DNA from: a virus
Lineage: Duplodnaviria; Caudoviricetes
Length of the DNA: 64,000 bases
Strand: one strand, 5' to 3'
IMG/VR virus record: IMGVR_UViG_3300031853_000003
Span: 32,001-96,000 of that record
This document shows positions 1 through 9,235 of the stretch, piece after piece. Below the pieces are notes generated by a model that ran no database searches, was not told the DNA's origin, and saw nothing but the letters and a program-made list of their open reading frames with translations. The position numbers and the translations under genes were made by a program. Position 1 is the stretch's first letter; each line of letters opens with the position of its first letter.

Positions 1-177
1 GATATCTATGATAACCGATATTTTCATAGAGTGTCCTGTCAGAAACGAAATCTGAGGAAGTTATTTGATGACGACACAATAGATATAGACCACATGACGG
101 AACGTGAGATCATGGAATCTCGTGGATTTGTCAGGGTGTATGATTGTGGAGTAATCAGATGGGAGTACACAGTATGA
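1..177 (+). CDS. C-terminal fragment of a Hef-like homing-endonuclease-associated protein (partial)
   Basis: Frame 1 is open from the window edge: ...EREIMESRGFVRVYDCGVIRWEYTV*. The RVYDCG..W ending is typical of T4 Hef-like phage proteins. Confidence 0.5.
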   Translation, partial: DIYDNRYFHRVSCQKRNLRKLFDDDTIDIDHMTEREIMESRGFVRVYDCGVIRWEYTV

Positions 178-395
178 ATTATATGTCATGGATAGACGAC
201 GTAGAACAGGATATTCAGAGAGTGAATAGTATAATCACTAGGAAATCTCAGAAACTTCGTTCTGGTGGTGATATGACTGTTTCTAAGGTGCTATCTCTGC
301 GCACAGAGTTACAAGCATGGCGCGAAATACGGCGTGAGCTCTGGAACATGAAGCGTTCTCTTGAAAAGTTGGCGAAGGAGACGTCACATGCGTAA
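174..395 (+). CDS. hypothetical protein (coiled-coil)
   Basis: ATG overlaps the upstream stop; MNYMSWIDD... Confidence 0.6.
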   Translation: MNYMSWIDDVEQDIQRVNSIITRKSQKLRSGGDMTVSKVLSLRTELQAWREIRRELWNMKRSLEKLAKETSHA

Positions 396-606
396 GACAG
401 TAGAATTTCCTGCAGACAGAAACGGATATGATTGTGTCCATTGTTTCTGGGAGAACATCAACTGGGGCGACAATGGACACTGCAGACATTGTAGACGAGA
501 ATATGCGGAGAAACTCTTGCAAGGTACTCCGCCAGATACAGTTGTATGTATACGATATGACGGAACGGAGGTATGTTATGGACATAAAACTAAAGTGGCG
601 AGGTAG
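388..606 (+). CDS. hypothetical Cys-rich protein
   Basis: AAGGAG SD; CxxC x2. Confidence 0.6.
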   Translation: MRKTVEFPADRNGYDCVHCFWENINWGDNGHCRHCRREYAEKLLQGTPPDTVVCIRYDGTEVCYGHKTKVAR

Positions 607-895
607 CGACGGAACTAACATATTAGATACAGGAGGATTCTTGTTACCGCTTGACAAGAAAGATGGTATCCCACGCCTAACTGATATGGTCAGTATCCAA
701 TACACTATCGGTCAAACTAATAGCGGTGTTTCAATCCGGTTTGCAAACAGACTTACATCCTATCGACTTTCTGAAGATTTCCAAGGATCTCTTGAAGAAG
801 CACGGAATCTGTGCGAAGAGCATCTCCAGACCATCATGGAGGAACTCTGCTGGCAGATTAAACAAGCCCTACTCAACAGGAGGTCAGATGAATAA
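578..895 (+). CDS. hypothetical protein
   Basis: GGAGG SD before MDIKLKW. Confidence 0.6.
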   Translation: MDIKLKWRGSDGTNILDTGGFLLPLDKKDGIPRLTDMVSIQYTIGQTNSGVSIRFANRLTSYRLSEDFQGSLEEARNLCEEHLQTIMEELCWQIKQALLNRRSDE

Positions 896-1211
896 ACTAG
901 TATTTGAACCGACACACTTAGGGTCGACAGCAAAGGTGAAGGCACACCTGCCTGCATATGATATATCATATACACTCTACACATTTGAGATTGAACCACA
1001 TGGCTATGATATGACTACACATCTTCCTGCTAGTTATCAGGTTGTAGTATATCTAGGAGAGCCTTGGCAGCATAGCATCATCTTTCACAAGGATACATGT
1101 GACGATATCTACGAAGCTGAGAGATTCTGTCAAGGTCTGTACGAATTACTTCTGCAAGGTCTCTGTCATCTGTCTGATGAACCTTCTATACGTGTGAATA
1201 TAAATACATAG
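888..1211 (+). CDS. hypothetical protein
   Basis: AGGAGG SD before MNKLVF. Confidence 0.6.
   Translation: MNKLVFEPTHLGSTAKVKAHLPAYDISYTLYTFEIEPHGYDMTTHLPASYQVVVYLGEPWQHSIIFHKDTCDDIYEAERFCQGLYELLLQGLCHLSDEPSIRVNINT
1181..1190 (+). promoter_or_regulatory. putative late promoter motif ACCTTnnATA
   Basis: ACCTTCTATA 44 bp upstream of 1225; same motif recurs before structural genes. Confidence 0.6.
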
Positions 1212-1224
1212 GAGTGATACAACT

Positions 1225-1407
1225 ATGGTAGATCTAAATGCTATTCCAAAGCCTGGCGAATACCTTGTAACTTCAATCGCAGATCTTGCAAATATTCCTG
1301 CTGCTGCTCCGGTTGGTAGTCTTGCAATTATAGCTACTAGTGACAGCGTGACGGTAAGAGTAAAGCGGACAGAAGGCTCCGCTGCATCTAACTGGAAAGA
1401 ACTATAA
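1225..1407 (+). CDS. small putative virion protein
   Basis: AGGAG SD; follows the late-type motif. Confidence 0.55.
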   Translation: MVDLNAIPKPGEYLVTSIADLANIPAAAPVGSLAIIATSDSVTVRVKRTEGSAASNWKEL

Positions 1408-1420
1408 GAGGTGGTCGACT

Positions 1421-1894
1421 ATGTTATCTGCTAGAATGGCCATGATGGTTGCTATTTCAGTTGCAAAAAGCTACACAAACAAAGAATGCGACAGAGTTGA
1501 GCGTGCTGGATTCAAAGCTGTTGTTATGCAGGATAGATCCATACTCCAGTCCACAGGACAGTATAAGATCCTATACTTCCTGCCGAAGACAACATCTAAG
1601 CCGCAAGACGGATATGATGAATTCATATACACATCGGATAACCAGTGGGAAGAGGTCGGTCATACAGATATAGACCTCTCTGCGTATGCTACTATGGAGT
1701 GGGTCGTTGATCTGTTGATGACCGCACATATTGACGAGAATGGGCACCTGCTTTTCACGCTTCCTGATGGATCAGACTTTGATGTCGGAAATGTTGTAGG
1801 TCCCCAAGGTGAGTCATATGTTCTGACTGAGAACGACAAGAATGATATTGCACAGATAGTGTATGATATGATGCAGCCGGAGGAAGAACCATGA
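1421..1894 (+). CDS. putative virion/fibre-associated protein
   Basis: WEEVG..DIDLSAYAT and GNVVGPQG segments typical of phage fibre proteins. Confidence 0.5.
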   Translation: MLSARMAMMVAISVAKSYTNKECDRVERAGFKAVVMQDRSILQSTGQYKILYFLPKTTSKPQDGYDEFIYTSDNQWEEVGHTDIDLSAYATMEWVVDLLMTAHIDENGHLLFTLPDGSDFDVGNVVGPQGESYVLTENDKNDIAQIVYDMMQPEEEP

Positions 1895-2148
1895 AACGAG
1901 TAATTACAGCATCAGCTAAAAGACGTTCTGCTATATGCGGACTTGCTGATATCAGCCCTGAGTCCAAGCGTACTGCAGCAGGACTTGCTGTCGGAGATTG
2001 CGTTTACGATGAAGATCTGGATACACTCTTTGTTGTAAGCAACATCGAGAGCGGCAAAGATGGGACCGTAGTAGTGACAGACGAAGAAGGCGAAACTTAC
2101 TACTACGATCCAAATGATACTCTGTATTGGCAGGCCAACAATCGTTAA
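1891..2148 (+). CDS. acidic protein with basic MKRVITAS leader (putative internal head protein)
   Basis: Leader matches the shared [IV]xA[AS] motif. Confidence 0.5.
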   Translation: MKRVITASAKRRSAICGLADISPESKRTAAGLAVGDCVYDEDLDTLFVVSNIESGKDGTVVVTDEEGETYYYDPNDTLYWQANNR

Positions 2149-2180
2149 ATCACACATCAAATTCTAAAAGGTGTGATAAC

Positions 2181-2624
2181 ATGTCGAAAACACTGCCTGT
2201 CCCTCGCATATCTGATTTTGAATCAACAGAGTACGGTCCGCTAGAGGTACAGCTTGAGAGCTTGGTTACATACCGGGCTGTGTACAAAGCATCAAACATT
2301 GTCCAAGATCGAACTCCTCTAATGGACTGTATGGTAGTTTCTGCACGTCGATATTTCAATCGAGTCAGCCCAGACCTGGAGAAATACGTCGATGTGTTTA
2401 TTGCAGGATATTCAGGATTTCATGCCCAGATGTTATTCTGCATAAACAAGTTTGTTGATATAATCAACAATGGTACTACACAAGAGAAATTTGAAGAGTA
2501 CGACAAGGCTCTGCATAATCTCACCAAACAATTCAGATGTATAATTCAGGCAGTAGCGGCCTGGGACAGTTATATCAAAACTCAATCGGAGGAGGATGAC
2601 GATGAAGCTATCAAAGAAGGGTAA
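2181..2624 (+). CDS. hypothetical protein
   Basis: TCGTTA motif at 2142 and AAGGTG SD. Confidence 0.6.
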   Translation: MSKTLPVPRISDFESTEYGPLEVQLESLVTYRAVYKASNIVQDRTPLMDCMVVSARRYFNRVSPDLEKYVDVFIAGYSGFHAQMLFCINKFVDIINNGTTQEKFEEYDKALHNLTKQFRCIIQAVAAWDSYIKTQSEEDDDEAIKEG

Positions 2625-3081
2625 GGCACATGTTCGGAATATGCTCGACAAGCTGTCCGTGTCCCTTGTTACAGACCAACCGGTTGACAAGTCATTCGTA
2701 GAGGATATGTATACACTTCTGTGTGATCTATACAACAGCGGAAGCGACGAAACGGTGGAAATTCCGACATCTGTGTTCAAGCTGATTCCATACATCTTGG
2801 AAGAATCTACGCTTGACAACTCATCGATCGCTAATCTGATCAACTGTATGAATCTTCGAGCTGAAGAGCTGATGTCACGTGGGGATGTGATGTCTGACCT
2901 GACATTGAAGTCTGGTATCAAGGCGATCAAAGATCTCAAGAGCAGACTTGATGCAGTCCGCAGTCTTGCACAGACATGTGTTACAGAAGCTGATCTGTCA
3001 GATGACACAACGGAGTATATCTTCACCGGAATGATGTCAGATCTCAATGTAGCGAAGAAATTACAATCTAAACTCGGCTAA
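2602..3081 (+). CDS. hypothetical protein
   Basis: GGAGGA SD; helical ORF. Confidence 0.6.
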   Translation: MKLSKKGKAHVRNMLDKLSVSLVTDQPVDKSFVEDMYTLLCDLYNSGSDETVEIPTSVFKLIPYILEESTLDNSSIANLINCMNLRAEELMSRGDVMSDLTLKSGIKAIKDLKSRLDAVRSLAQTCVTEADLSDDTTEYIFTGMMSDLNVAKKLQSKLG

Positions 3082-3147
3082 ACATATGGCAGCTCTGGCG
3101 AGTCTGGAGCTGCTTCGTTATGTTTGTTACACGGAGGTAAATCATCC

Positions 3148-3822
3148 ATGATAACAGAAAAAGACGTTAGACAGTTTATATCACAAAGTTCTGACATGGT
3201 CATTGAATTCGTACATGGGCGCGAGTACGTCAAGATGTTCGATGAAACAGGACGCCCTGTTCGACTCACATTGCTGACCGATGTTGTGCAAGAACTGCGC
3301 AGAGAGATGCACTGCGACCTCTCATTAGTATATACAGATCCAGGTTCGCTTGATGTCATATACAAATGCAATGAGTGCGGAACAGTCATCTACACAAATG
3401 ATGAGTATTATGATCCAAATCTTGTATGCCCTGTATGCGATCCTCGCTACTCACATAAGGTCAAGTATGACAAGACCGGAACCCTTGATAAGGTCTACGA
3501 GAAATCCTATCGACATTACAAGTTCGAGGAAGAGCGCATCAAACGCAGAGGTAAATTCGATTGGGAACTATTCAAGCATGAATTCTACTGGTTCCACAAA
3601 CATATCAAATGGTCATTTATTGTAGACGATCTGTATGGTCAGCATTTTCCGTTGAGAGGCCTAAGATTTGTCATACAGAGCTACGACCCTGACAGCGATA
3701 CTTATAACTATCACCAGCTTCCGCTGTCGATTCACTTCATCAGGGAGTTGCGAACTGGACGACGCAAGAAACAAGAGAACTTAGATTCGCAGATAGACGA
3801 AGTTCTAAAATTATTTGAATAA
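3148..3822 (+). CDS. zinc-ribbon hypothetical protein
   Basis: CNECG...CPVC; GGAGG SD; TCGTTA at 3115. Confidence 0.6.
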   Translation: MITEKDVRQFISQSSDMVIEFVHGREYVKMFDETGRPVRLTLLTDVVQELRREMHCDLSLVYTDPGSLDVIYKCNECGTVIYTNDEYYDPNLVCPVCDPRYSHKVKYDKTGTLDKVYEKSYRHYKFEEERIKRRGKFDWELFKHEFYWFHKHIKWSFIVDDLYGQHFPLRGLRFVIQSYDPDSDTYNYHQLPLSIHFIRELRTGRRKKQENLDSQIDEVLKLFE

Positions 3823-3837
3823 ATTTTAGAAAATCGC

Positions 3838-3866
3838 TTGACTTTTCACACAAATCCGTCTATAAT
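3838..3866 (+). promoter_or_regulatory. host sigma-A/sigma-70-type early promoter
   Basis: TTGACT (3838-3843), 17-bp spacer, TATAAT (3861-3866), with AT-rich upstream sequence. Confidence 0.8.
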
Positions 3867-4044
3867 AATACTTGTAGGACATATCAAGACTACAAGACGT
3901 ATCAAGACGGGACAGTTGATAACAACTTTCATATAAATCCCGAAGGTGGCGTATATGTAGTCTTGCATATACGTCATTTTTCGTTATATACGATGTAACT
4001 ATCCAACATATCAAGACAGCAAGAGCTGAAAAGGAGTAGTAATC

Positions 4045-5283
4045 ATGAAAAGATACGAAATTTACGAAGGCAACTTTGAAAGACTTCAGAAGAAGCTTGC
4101 AAGGATAGAGAACAAATGCAAGACATACGGATGTAAGTTCTACTTCAAAGAGGTTGGCGAGACCTTCAAAGAGGTAGAAGATAGAGCTACCGGAGATAAG
4201 ATGACCCTTCGATTCATCATTGTAGAGGTTGAAGGAACTGCTCAGATCAATGGATGGAGATTTGTTGCTACTATCGACCATCTTGAGGCAGGCAACGTCA
4301 TTCGTCAGTTCGATGAGGCTGTCAATATTCCTGATAAGTATCGTCATACAGATCCGGTTTGCGAACACTGCCAGACATCGAGAAGGCGCAAGGATACCTT
4401 CCTCGTCTACAATGAGGAAACTCACGAATTCAAGCAGGTAGGTCGTTCTTGCCTGCTCGATTACACAGGTGGATGGTCTTCTGAGGACATCACAAGATAC
4501 ATCAGCTGGTTTGATAGCATCATCGGTGGATACGAGCTCGGCGGCGGATCTGGTTCTTACACTTATTACTATCCTGTAGACAGGATATTAGCTTGCGCAG
4601 CAGCTTGTGTTCAGAAGCTCGGTTATCATAATTCACAATCCGATGATTCTACACGTGATAGGGCAACATCCATCTACAAACTTGAGGAAGGTATTGCCAT
4701 TTATCCTCATCAGCATGAGGAGTACATGAGAGAGCTCAAGAACTCTAAGGGCATTGATGGTAGAGCAGACGATGTGGTAGCAGAAGCAAAAGCTGCTCGT
4801 GCTTGGATTCTCGCTGAAGAGGTCGACGAGTACAACAGCTACATGAACAACCTCAAGGTCATCTGCTCTTCTGAGTATTGCTCGTCCAGAAACCTCGGAT
4901 ACCTGGTGTCCCTTATCCCGACTTACTTCAAGCATCTCGAAACCGAGGCAGCTCGTGCAGAGCGTGAAGCGAAGAGAGCAAAGGCAGCATCTCAGAGCAA
5001 GCACGTAGGAAAGATCAAAGATCGTCTCACATTTGACGCAACTGCCTACTTTGTCACATCTTGTGACAGCTTCTACGGCTGGTCAGCTCTCTACAAATTC
5101 GTTACAGAAGACGGAGACGTGTTTACCTGGTGGACAAGTTCTAACGTAGACGTCGACCGTGACCGTCCTAGAAAGGTTCGTGTTACCGGTACCGTCAAGG
5201 ATCACGACGAGTACGCAGGTGTTAAGCAGACAGTGCTTACACGCTGCAAAATCGTCTATCTCGATGAAGAAGACGCAGCATAA
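4045..5283 (+). CDS. early protein with zinc ribbon and probable C-terminal OB-fold
   Basis: CEHC...R motif; C-terminal VTGTVKDHDEYAGVKQTVLTRCK; AAGGAG SD. Confidence 0.6.
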   Translation: MKRYEIYEGNFERLQKKLARIENKCKTYGCKFYFKEVGETFKEVEDRATGDKMTLRFIIVEVEGTAQINGWRFVATIDHLEAGNVIRQFDEAVNIPDKYRHTDPVCEHCQTSRRRKDTFLVYNEETHEFKQVGRSCLLDYTGGWSSEDITRYISWFDSIIGGYELGGGSGSYTYYYPVDRILACAAACVQKLGYHNSQSDDSTRDRATSIYKLEEGIAIYPHQHEEYMRELKNSKGIDGRADDVVAEAKAARAWILAEEVDEYNSYMNNLKVICSSEYCSSRNLGYLVSLIPTYFKHLETEAARAEREAKRAKAASQSKHVGKIKDRLTFDATAYFVTSCDSFYGWSALYKFVTEDGDVFTWWTSSNVDVDRDRPRKVRVTGTVKDHDEYAGVKQTVLTRCKIVYLDEEDAA

Positions 5284-5294
5284 GGAGGTCACAT

Positions 5295-5822
5295 ATGAAT
5301 CAGGCCAAAGCAGTGATGCTAAGCACACGGACACGTAATTTCGAAGATATGTTTGAGGACATGGGTCATAGCTGGATCCTACTCAAGCGTATCCCGAAGT
5401 TACAGCCTCCGTATATGGTCTATGTATACAATTCGCATCCAAGATCAGGCGACTGGAATAAGAGTTCTGGAGAGGTCATAGGTCATTTCATCTGCATAGA
5501 GGCGGTCAAACTGCTCAGAGAGGATGGTAAGATAGATTCCTCTATCGTCAGGCCAGACGATTTCCGTATGGTAAGTGATTACATGCGGAACAATCTGAAA
5601 CCCGGTCGTCCGCTGTATGGAATGCGTGTGACCAATCCTGTAAGATACGATGAACCTCTTCCTCTTACAGCTTTCGAGAGCTGGTGCGATGAGGACTGTT
5701 ACAAGTGCAAGTACTGGGAACTTCCTTCACTTGAAGAGCCCGGCTACTGCAAACGAGAAGATTTCACAATAACATCTCCGCCTAGTGATTGGAGATACGT
5801 CATGTATAAGGAGGTCATATAA
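5295..5822 (+). CDS. ASCH/PUA-like domain protein
   Basis: AVMLS...VYVY...GEVIGHFIC...YDEPLPL...PPSDWRYV pattern. Confidence 0.5.
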   Translation: MNQAKAVMLSTRTRNFEDMFEDMGHSWILLKRIPKLQPPYMVYVYNSHPRSGDWNKSSGEVIGHFICIEAVKLLREDGKIDSSIVRPDDFRMVSDYMRNNLKPGRPLYGMRVTNPVRYDEPLPLTAFESWCDEDCYKCKYWELPSLEEPGYCKREDFTITSPPSDWRYVMYKEVI

Positions 5823-6355
5823 TGCGATGCAAGACGATTTATAAATCTCCTGGAGTCTCTGAAAGCATTGTGCGATCATACGGTAGTATGACAGCTGCAC
5901 ATGTCGACGTGATCGACATGTTGACGTTTGTCATTCTTTCTAGTTATGTTGTTCAACATAAGCAAGTAGCAGACGAGATGTATCACACACTACAGGATCG
6001 ACTCATTGCACTGTTTAAACATGATGAAGATGCACCGATTCTACAGATTGCTGATCACCTTTATGCTAACTACAATGCCATCCCTTTCTCATATATGCTA
6101 TCGTTGTATCTTGAATCCACTATTGTCGAAGGCAGTTCCGGTAACTTGAGTCTTGCCGGCGGATTTGTCTTGCAAACATCTAGACGAAACTGTAAGTTTA
6201 TTGTACCAGATGTAGGTACATACAGCTTCAAGATTGTTGATGATCCGGGAGCTGATATTCGCAGTACACTGAAGGATCTTACAAGCCGGTACGGTTTCAG
6301 TAAGGTACAGAGCATACTTGACGAAATGGAGGGTCCTCACATTGAAACAGAGTGA
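5822..6355 (+). CDS. hypothetical protein
   Basis: AAGGAGG SD; coupled start. Confidence 0.6.
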   Translation: MRCKTIYKSPGVSESIVRSYGSMTAAHVDVIDMLTFVILSSYVVQHKQVADEMYHTLQDRLIALFKHDEDAPILQIADHLYANYNAIPFSYMLSLYLESTIVEGSSGNLSLAGGFVLQTSRRNCKFIVPDVGTYSFKIVDDPGADIRSTLKDLTSRYGFSKVQSILDEMEGPHIETE

Positions 6356-6635
6356 TACTCCTAAGGTCATCATAAGTGATCTATACAAACTGTTCGGACG
6401 AGAAGCAGTAGAAGCTGCTATTGTCGAAGCTCGTACAGATCTTGCATATGAGCAGATCAAAGAATATCAGGACAAACTTGATGAACCTCTGAGATGTAAG
6501 TGCAGATTGGTTGGCTGTGTATACGAACCTGCTTACATCAAGGAAAATTATCCTGATTGGTATGAGGAGCTCAGTTGTCCTACTATCTGCGAAGATTGTG
6601 AGGACGGAAGGCGGTATGACGATGAAGACAAATGA
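6318..6635 (+). CDS. hypothetical Cys-rich protein (start uncertain)
   Basis: ORF track; C-terminal CxC..C..CxxC. Confidence 0.5.
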   Translation: MTKWRVLTLKQSDTPKVIISDLYKLFGREAVEAAIVEARTDLAYEQIKEYQDKLDEPLRCKCRLVGCVYEPAYIKENYPDWYEELSCPTICEDCEDGRRYDDEDK

Positions 6636-6984
6636 TACACGTCCTATTGATAAGATAGTTGACTCATTGAATCAGCTTCTTGAACAGGAAATGGCCTTGA
6701 TAGAGGCCTCAAATGCACCTAAAACTCGACATATTGATGCTGCAGCTGCACTTATATATGTTGTAGATCTACTCGGCAATTCCGATAAACGTGCAAACCA
6801 GATTCGTCAGCTAGATGATTTTGGGCTCGGTGCATTTCTCGAGAATATTCGACTCGATGGAGAGAAGCGCGGGCTATCATACTTCAGTGTGGAACCTCGG
6901 AAGTATCTGTATCCTGACAACTCTATCGACGAGTGGGTCAGATGGTTGAAACAGCCTGGGTCACTTGTCGAAAGGGATGACTAA
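6622..6984 (+). CDS. hypothetical protein
   Basis: Overlapping start; ends in WLKQP as in common clostridial phage small proteins. Confidence 0.55.
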   Translation: MKTNDTRPIDKIVDSLNQLLEQEMALIEASNAPKTRHIDAAAALIYVVDLLGNSDKRANQIRQLDDFGLGAFLENIRLDGEKRGLSYFSVEPRKYLYPDNSIDEWVRWLKQPGSLVERDD

Positions 6985-7201
6985 CAGTATGCCAGAACAC
7001 AGATTCAATTCATTAAGAAGGTGTCCTGAGTGCGGACAGGTTCCGGACATAGGATACTTAAGTTGCAACTATATCATACAAGGCACACCTAGCTGTCCTG
7101 TATGTGGAAATTCATATACTGAAGGTCACTCAACAGAATATGATATGGTTGTAGGCTGGAATAAGCGAGTGGCCAGATTCTTAGGAGAGACAACTTCATG
7201 A
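6977..7201 (+). CDS. Lar-like (restriction alleviation) zinc-finger protein
   Basis: LRRCPECG...CPVCG...WNKR pattern. Confidence 0.5.
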   Translation: MTNSMPEHRFNSLRRCPECGQVPDIGYLSCNYIIQGTPSCPVCGNSYTEGHSTEYDMVVGWNKRVARFLGETTS

Positions 7202-7845
7202 AATTCATAAGGATAGCCCGCAATGGGTCAGGTTGGGGCGGAATCTATCGAAGATATGTATGCGTACCGCATGAGTCCAACGTCGTTGTGAGTGCTTTTG
7301 ATCTTCCACCTAGTATGGAGAACACAACAAAGACATTTGTCTTGAAGTACAACATATTTCTACGACGGCTCTTTGATGCGGTTCCTACTTGTATTTCTAG
7401 TTATACAGGACATGGTATAATGGATGCACAGGATGACAGAATATACCGTGTCAACGATGATAACTCAGAAGATCTGCTGTTTCACACAGATATGGCATTC
7501 TATCCAAATGATCCTGAGATCACAAAAATGTTCAATGCACTTATAGAGGTGCTAAGTCTATTAGATAACAACATACTTCGAGTTGACAGTAACAATGAAC
7601 TACATGTAGACAACAACGAGCCTGTTAACGACTACGTGTGGTACGACGCAAGGCGTGTAGTGCTTGCAAACTACTGTGATTCACCGTCATATGCACATGC
7701 AACAAGTGGTCCACACTGTGATAACTGCTTGCTACAAGGTATGTCGTCTTGTAGATTCTTAGATCACCCTAAGTGGAAGGGCCACATTGATGACGAAGTG
7801 ATAGATAGATGCTACGACAGACTGATGAGTTACACAGATCGTTAA
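7198..7845 (+). CDS. hypothetical protein
   Basis: AGGAG SD; 215 aa ORF. Confidence 0.6.
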   Translation: MKFIRIARNGSGWGGIYRRYVCVPHESNVVVSAFDLPPSMENTTKTFVLKYNIFLRRLFDAVPTCISSYTGHGIMDAQDDRIYRVNDDNSEDLLFHTDMAFYPNDPEITKMFNALIEVLSLLDNNILRVDSNNELHVDNNEPVNDYVWYDARRVVLANYCDSPSYAHATSGPHCDNCLLQGMSSCRFLDHPKWKGHIDDEVIDRCYDRLMSYTDR

Positions 7846-7877
7846 AGAAGTAACATCAATATACACAGGAGGCACAC

Positions 7878-8372
7878 ATGCGAAAAATGGTCAAGTTCAC
7901 AATCATCTTCGACATTGCGTTGCTGATTGCAGCCCTTGTCTTTCTTGCTGTCGGAGATACGCAGATCCAGGCATTTATCTTATTAGGTATCATGCTTGCA
8001 TCTGTGATTGCATACGGCATAGTATCAAAGTATCTTCAGGTCAAATACCGTGAGGTGACACACGTAGTTCGAGTAGAGTACGGAATCTCACAGCTTATGC
8101 TTGCGGAGCAGGATGGGCAGAGAGCACAAATTCTCTACAAGTTTGCTGAAGGAGACGATTTCTCTAAAGAAGCAACGCGTGCGTTGCTTGATTACTTTCC
8201 TACCTCTCCGTCAGATCCTATGGATAGAGCATATGTAGAGAGCATTGGTTATCTATACAACATGCAATCTGACCTTGATAGGATGTACGCATTACGAAGC
8301 TGTTCAGCGTTTGCTAAGATTCAGCAGTCACGCGAATCTATTGAGAAAGCGGAGGAGATTACTGATGAATAA
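7878..8372 (+). CDS. membrane protein (2 N-terminal TM helices)
   Basis: Hydrophobic N-terminus; TCGTTA at 7839; AGGAGG SD. Confidence 0.65.
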   Translation: MRKMVKFTIIFDIALLIAALVFLAVGDTQIQAFILLGIMLASVIAYGIVSKYLQVKYREVTHVVRVEYGISQLMLAEQDGQRAQILYKFAEGDDFSKEATRALLDYFPTSPSDPMDRAYVESIGYLYNMQSDLDRMYALRSCSAFAKIQQSRESIEKAEEITDE

Positions 8373-8494
8373 TCAAGTGTTCCATTCTCTGATAATTCTG
8401 CTTGACTGCTTCTTAGCAGTATATGCTATTGCACGTCTTGTCAATCGTCTCTTCGACGAAGATCTCAGATTGTTCGATTAAGGAGGTTCAATAC

Positions 8495-8842
8495 ATGTTA
8501 CCCAACGAAAAACTGTATCAGTACAGATACGACTTTGACGCCCAGAAGTTTGTATTCACCGGAAAGGTAGCCGAAAATGATTCCGATACGCTCAAAATTG
8601 AGGCGGAGCAAGATCCAAAAGAGTACTATCGGTGGTATCAGCTTGCTACAAACGGCGATGATGAGACCACTGCAAAGGAGTGGGAAGATAATATCGGTGG
8701 TATCACTAATCCATCTGAGTTCTATCGCTGCAGTGTATGCGGCAAGGTCTTCTGGATGGATACCGCATACACAGCTTGGTTGAAGGAACACGGTGAGCCT
8801 GTTCCAGATACTTGTTGTGTTGAGTGTTCCGTCAATAAGTAA
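8495..8842 (+). CDS. zinc-ribbon protein
   Basis: CSVCGK...CCVEC; AAGGAGG SD. Confidence 0.6.
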   Translation: MLPNEKLYQYRYDFDAQKFVFTGKVAENDSDTLKIEAEQDPKEYYRWYQLATNGDDETTAKEWEDNIGGITNPSEFYRCSVCGKVFWMDTAYTAWLKEHGEPVPDTCCVECSVNK

Positions 8843-8862
8843 ACTACACAAGGAGGTAAGGT

Positions 8863-9186
8863 ATGGCTGTATATATTCCTGGTCTTCACGTCCCTAAAAG
8901 CTGCATCTCATGTTGGTTCAATGTAGATGCTTGTTACTGCGCAAGGACTAAACAAGAGATTGACAGAGATACTTATCATCGTGAGCGTATGTCTAAGTGT
9001 CCTATGAAAGAAGTAGACGAACCGCATGGAGATCTGATTGAAAGAGATCCAATCATCAAATTCATACAAGACGGTATCAATAGGGAAGGTTCTGAATCTT
9101 TCGGCTATGACGGAGTAGAGATACTCACAGAGGTTCAGTTTGCACCGGCTGTAATACCTTCTACAAAAGAGAGCAGCGACACATAG
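8863..9186 (+). CDS. hypothetical phage protein
   Basis: PKSCISCWF..CP..HGDLI motif common in clostridial phages. Confidence 0.6.
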   Translation: MAVYIPGLHVPKSCISCWFNVDACYCARTKQEIDRDTYHRERMSKCPMKEVDEPHGDLIERDPIIKFIQDGINREGSESFGYDGVEILTEVQFAPAVIPSTKESSDT

Positions 9187-9235
9187 TCGCTGCTTCGTTA
9201 ATGTTTACATAGATAACCAATAGGAGGTATGCTAT

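Noticed and set aside
3879-4017. CRISPR-like mini-array
   Set aside because: Repeats are only 8-12 bp with irregular spacing; no cas genes.
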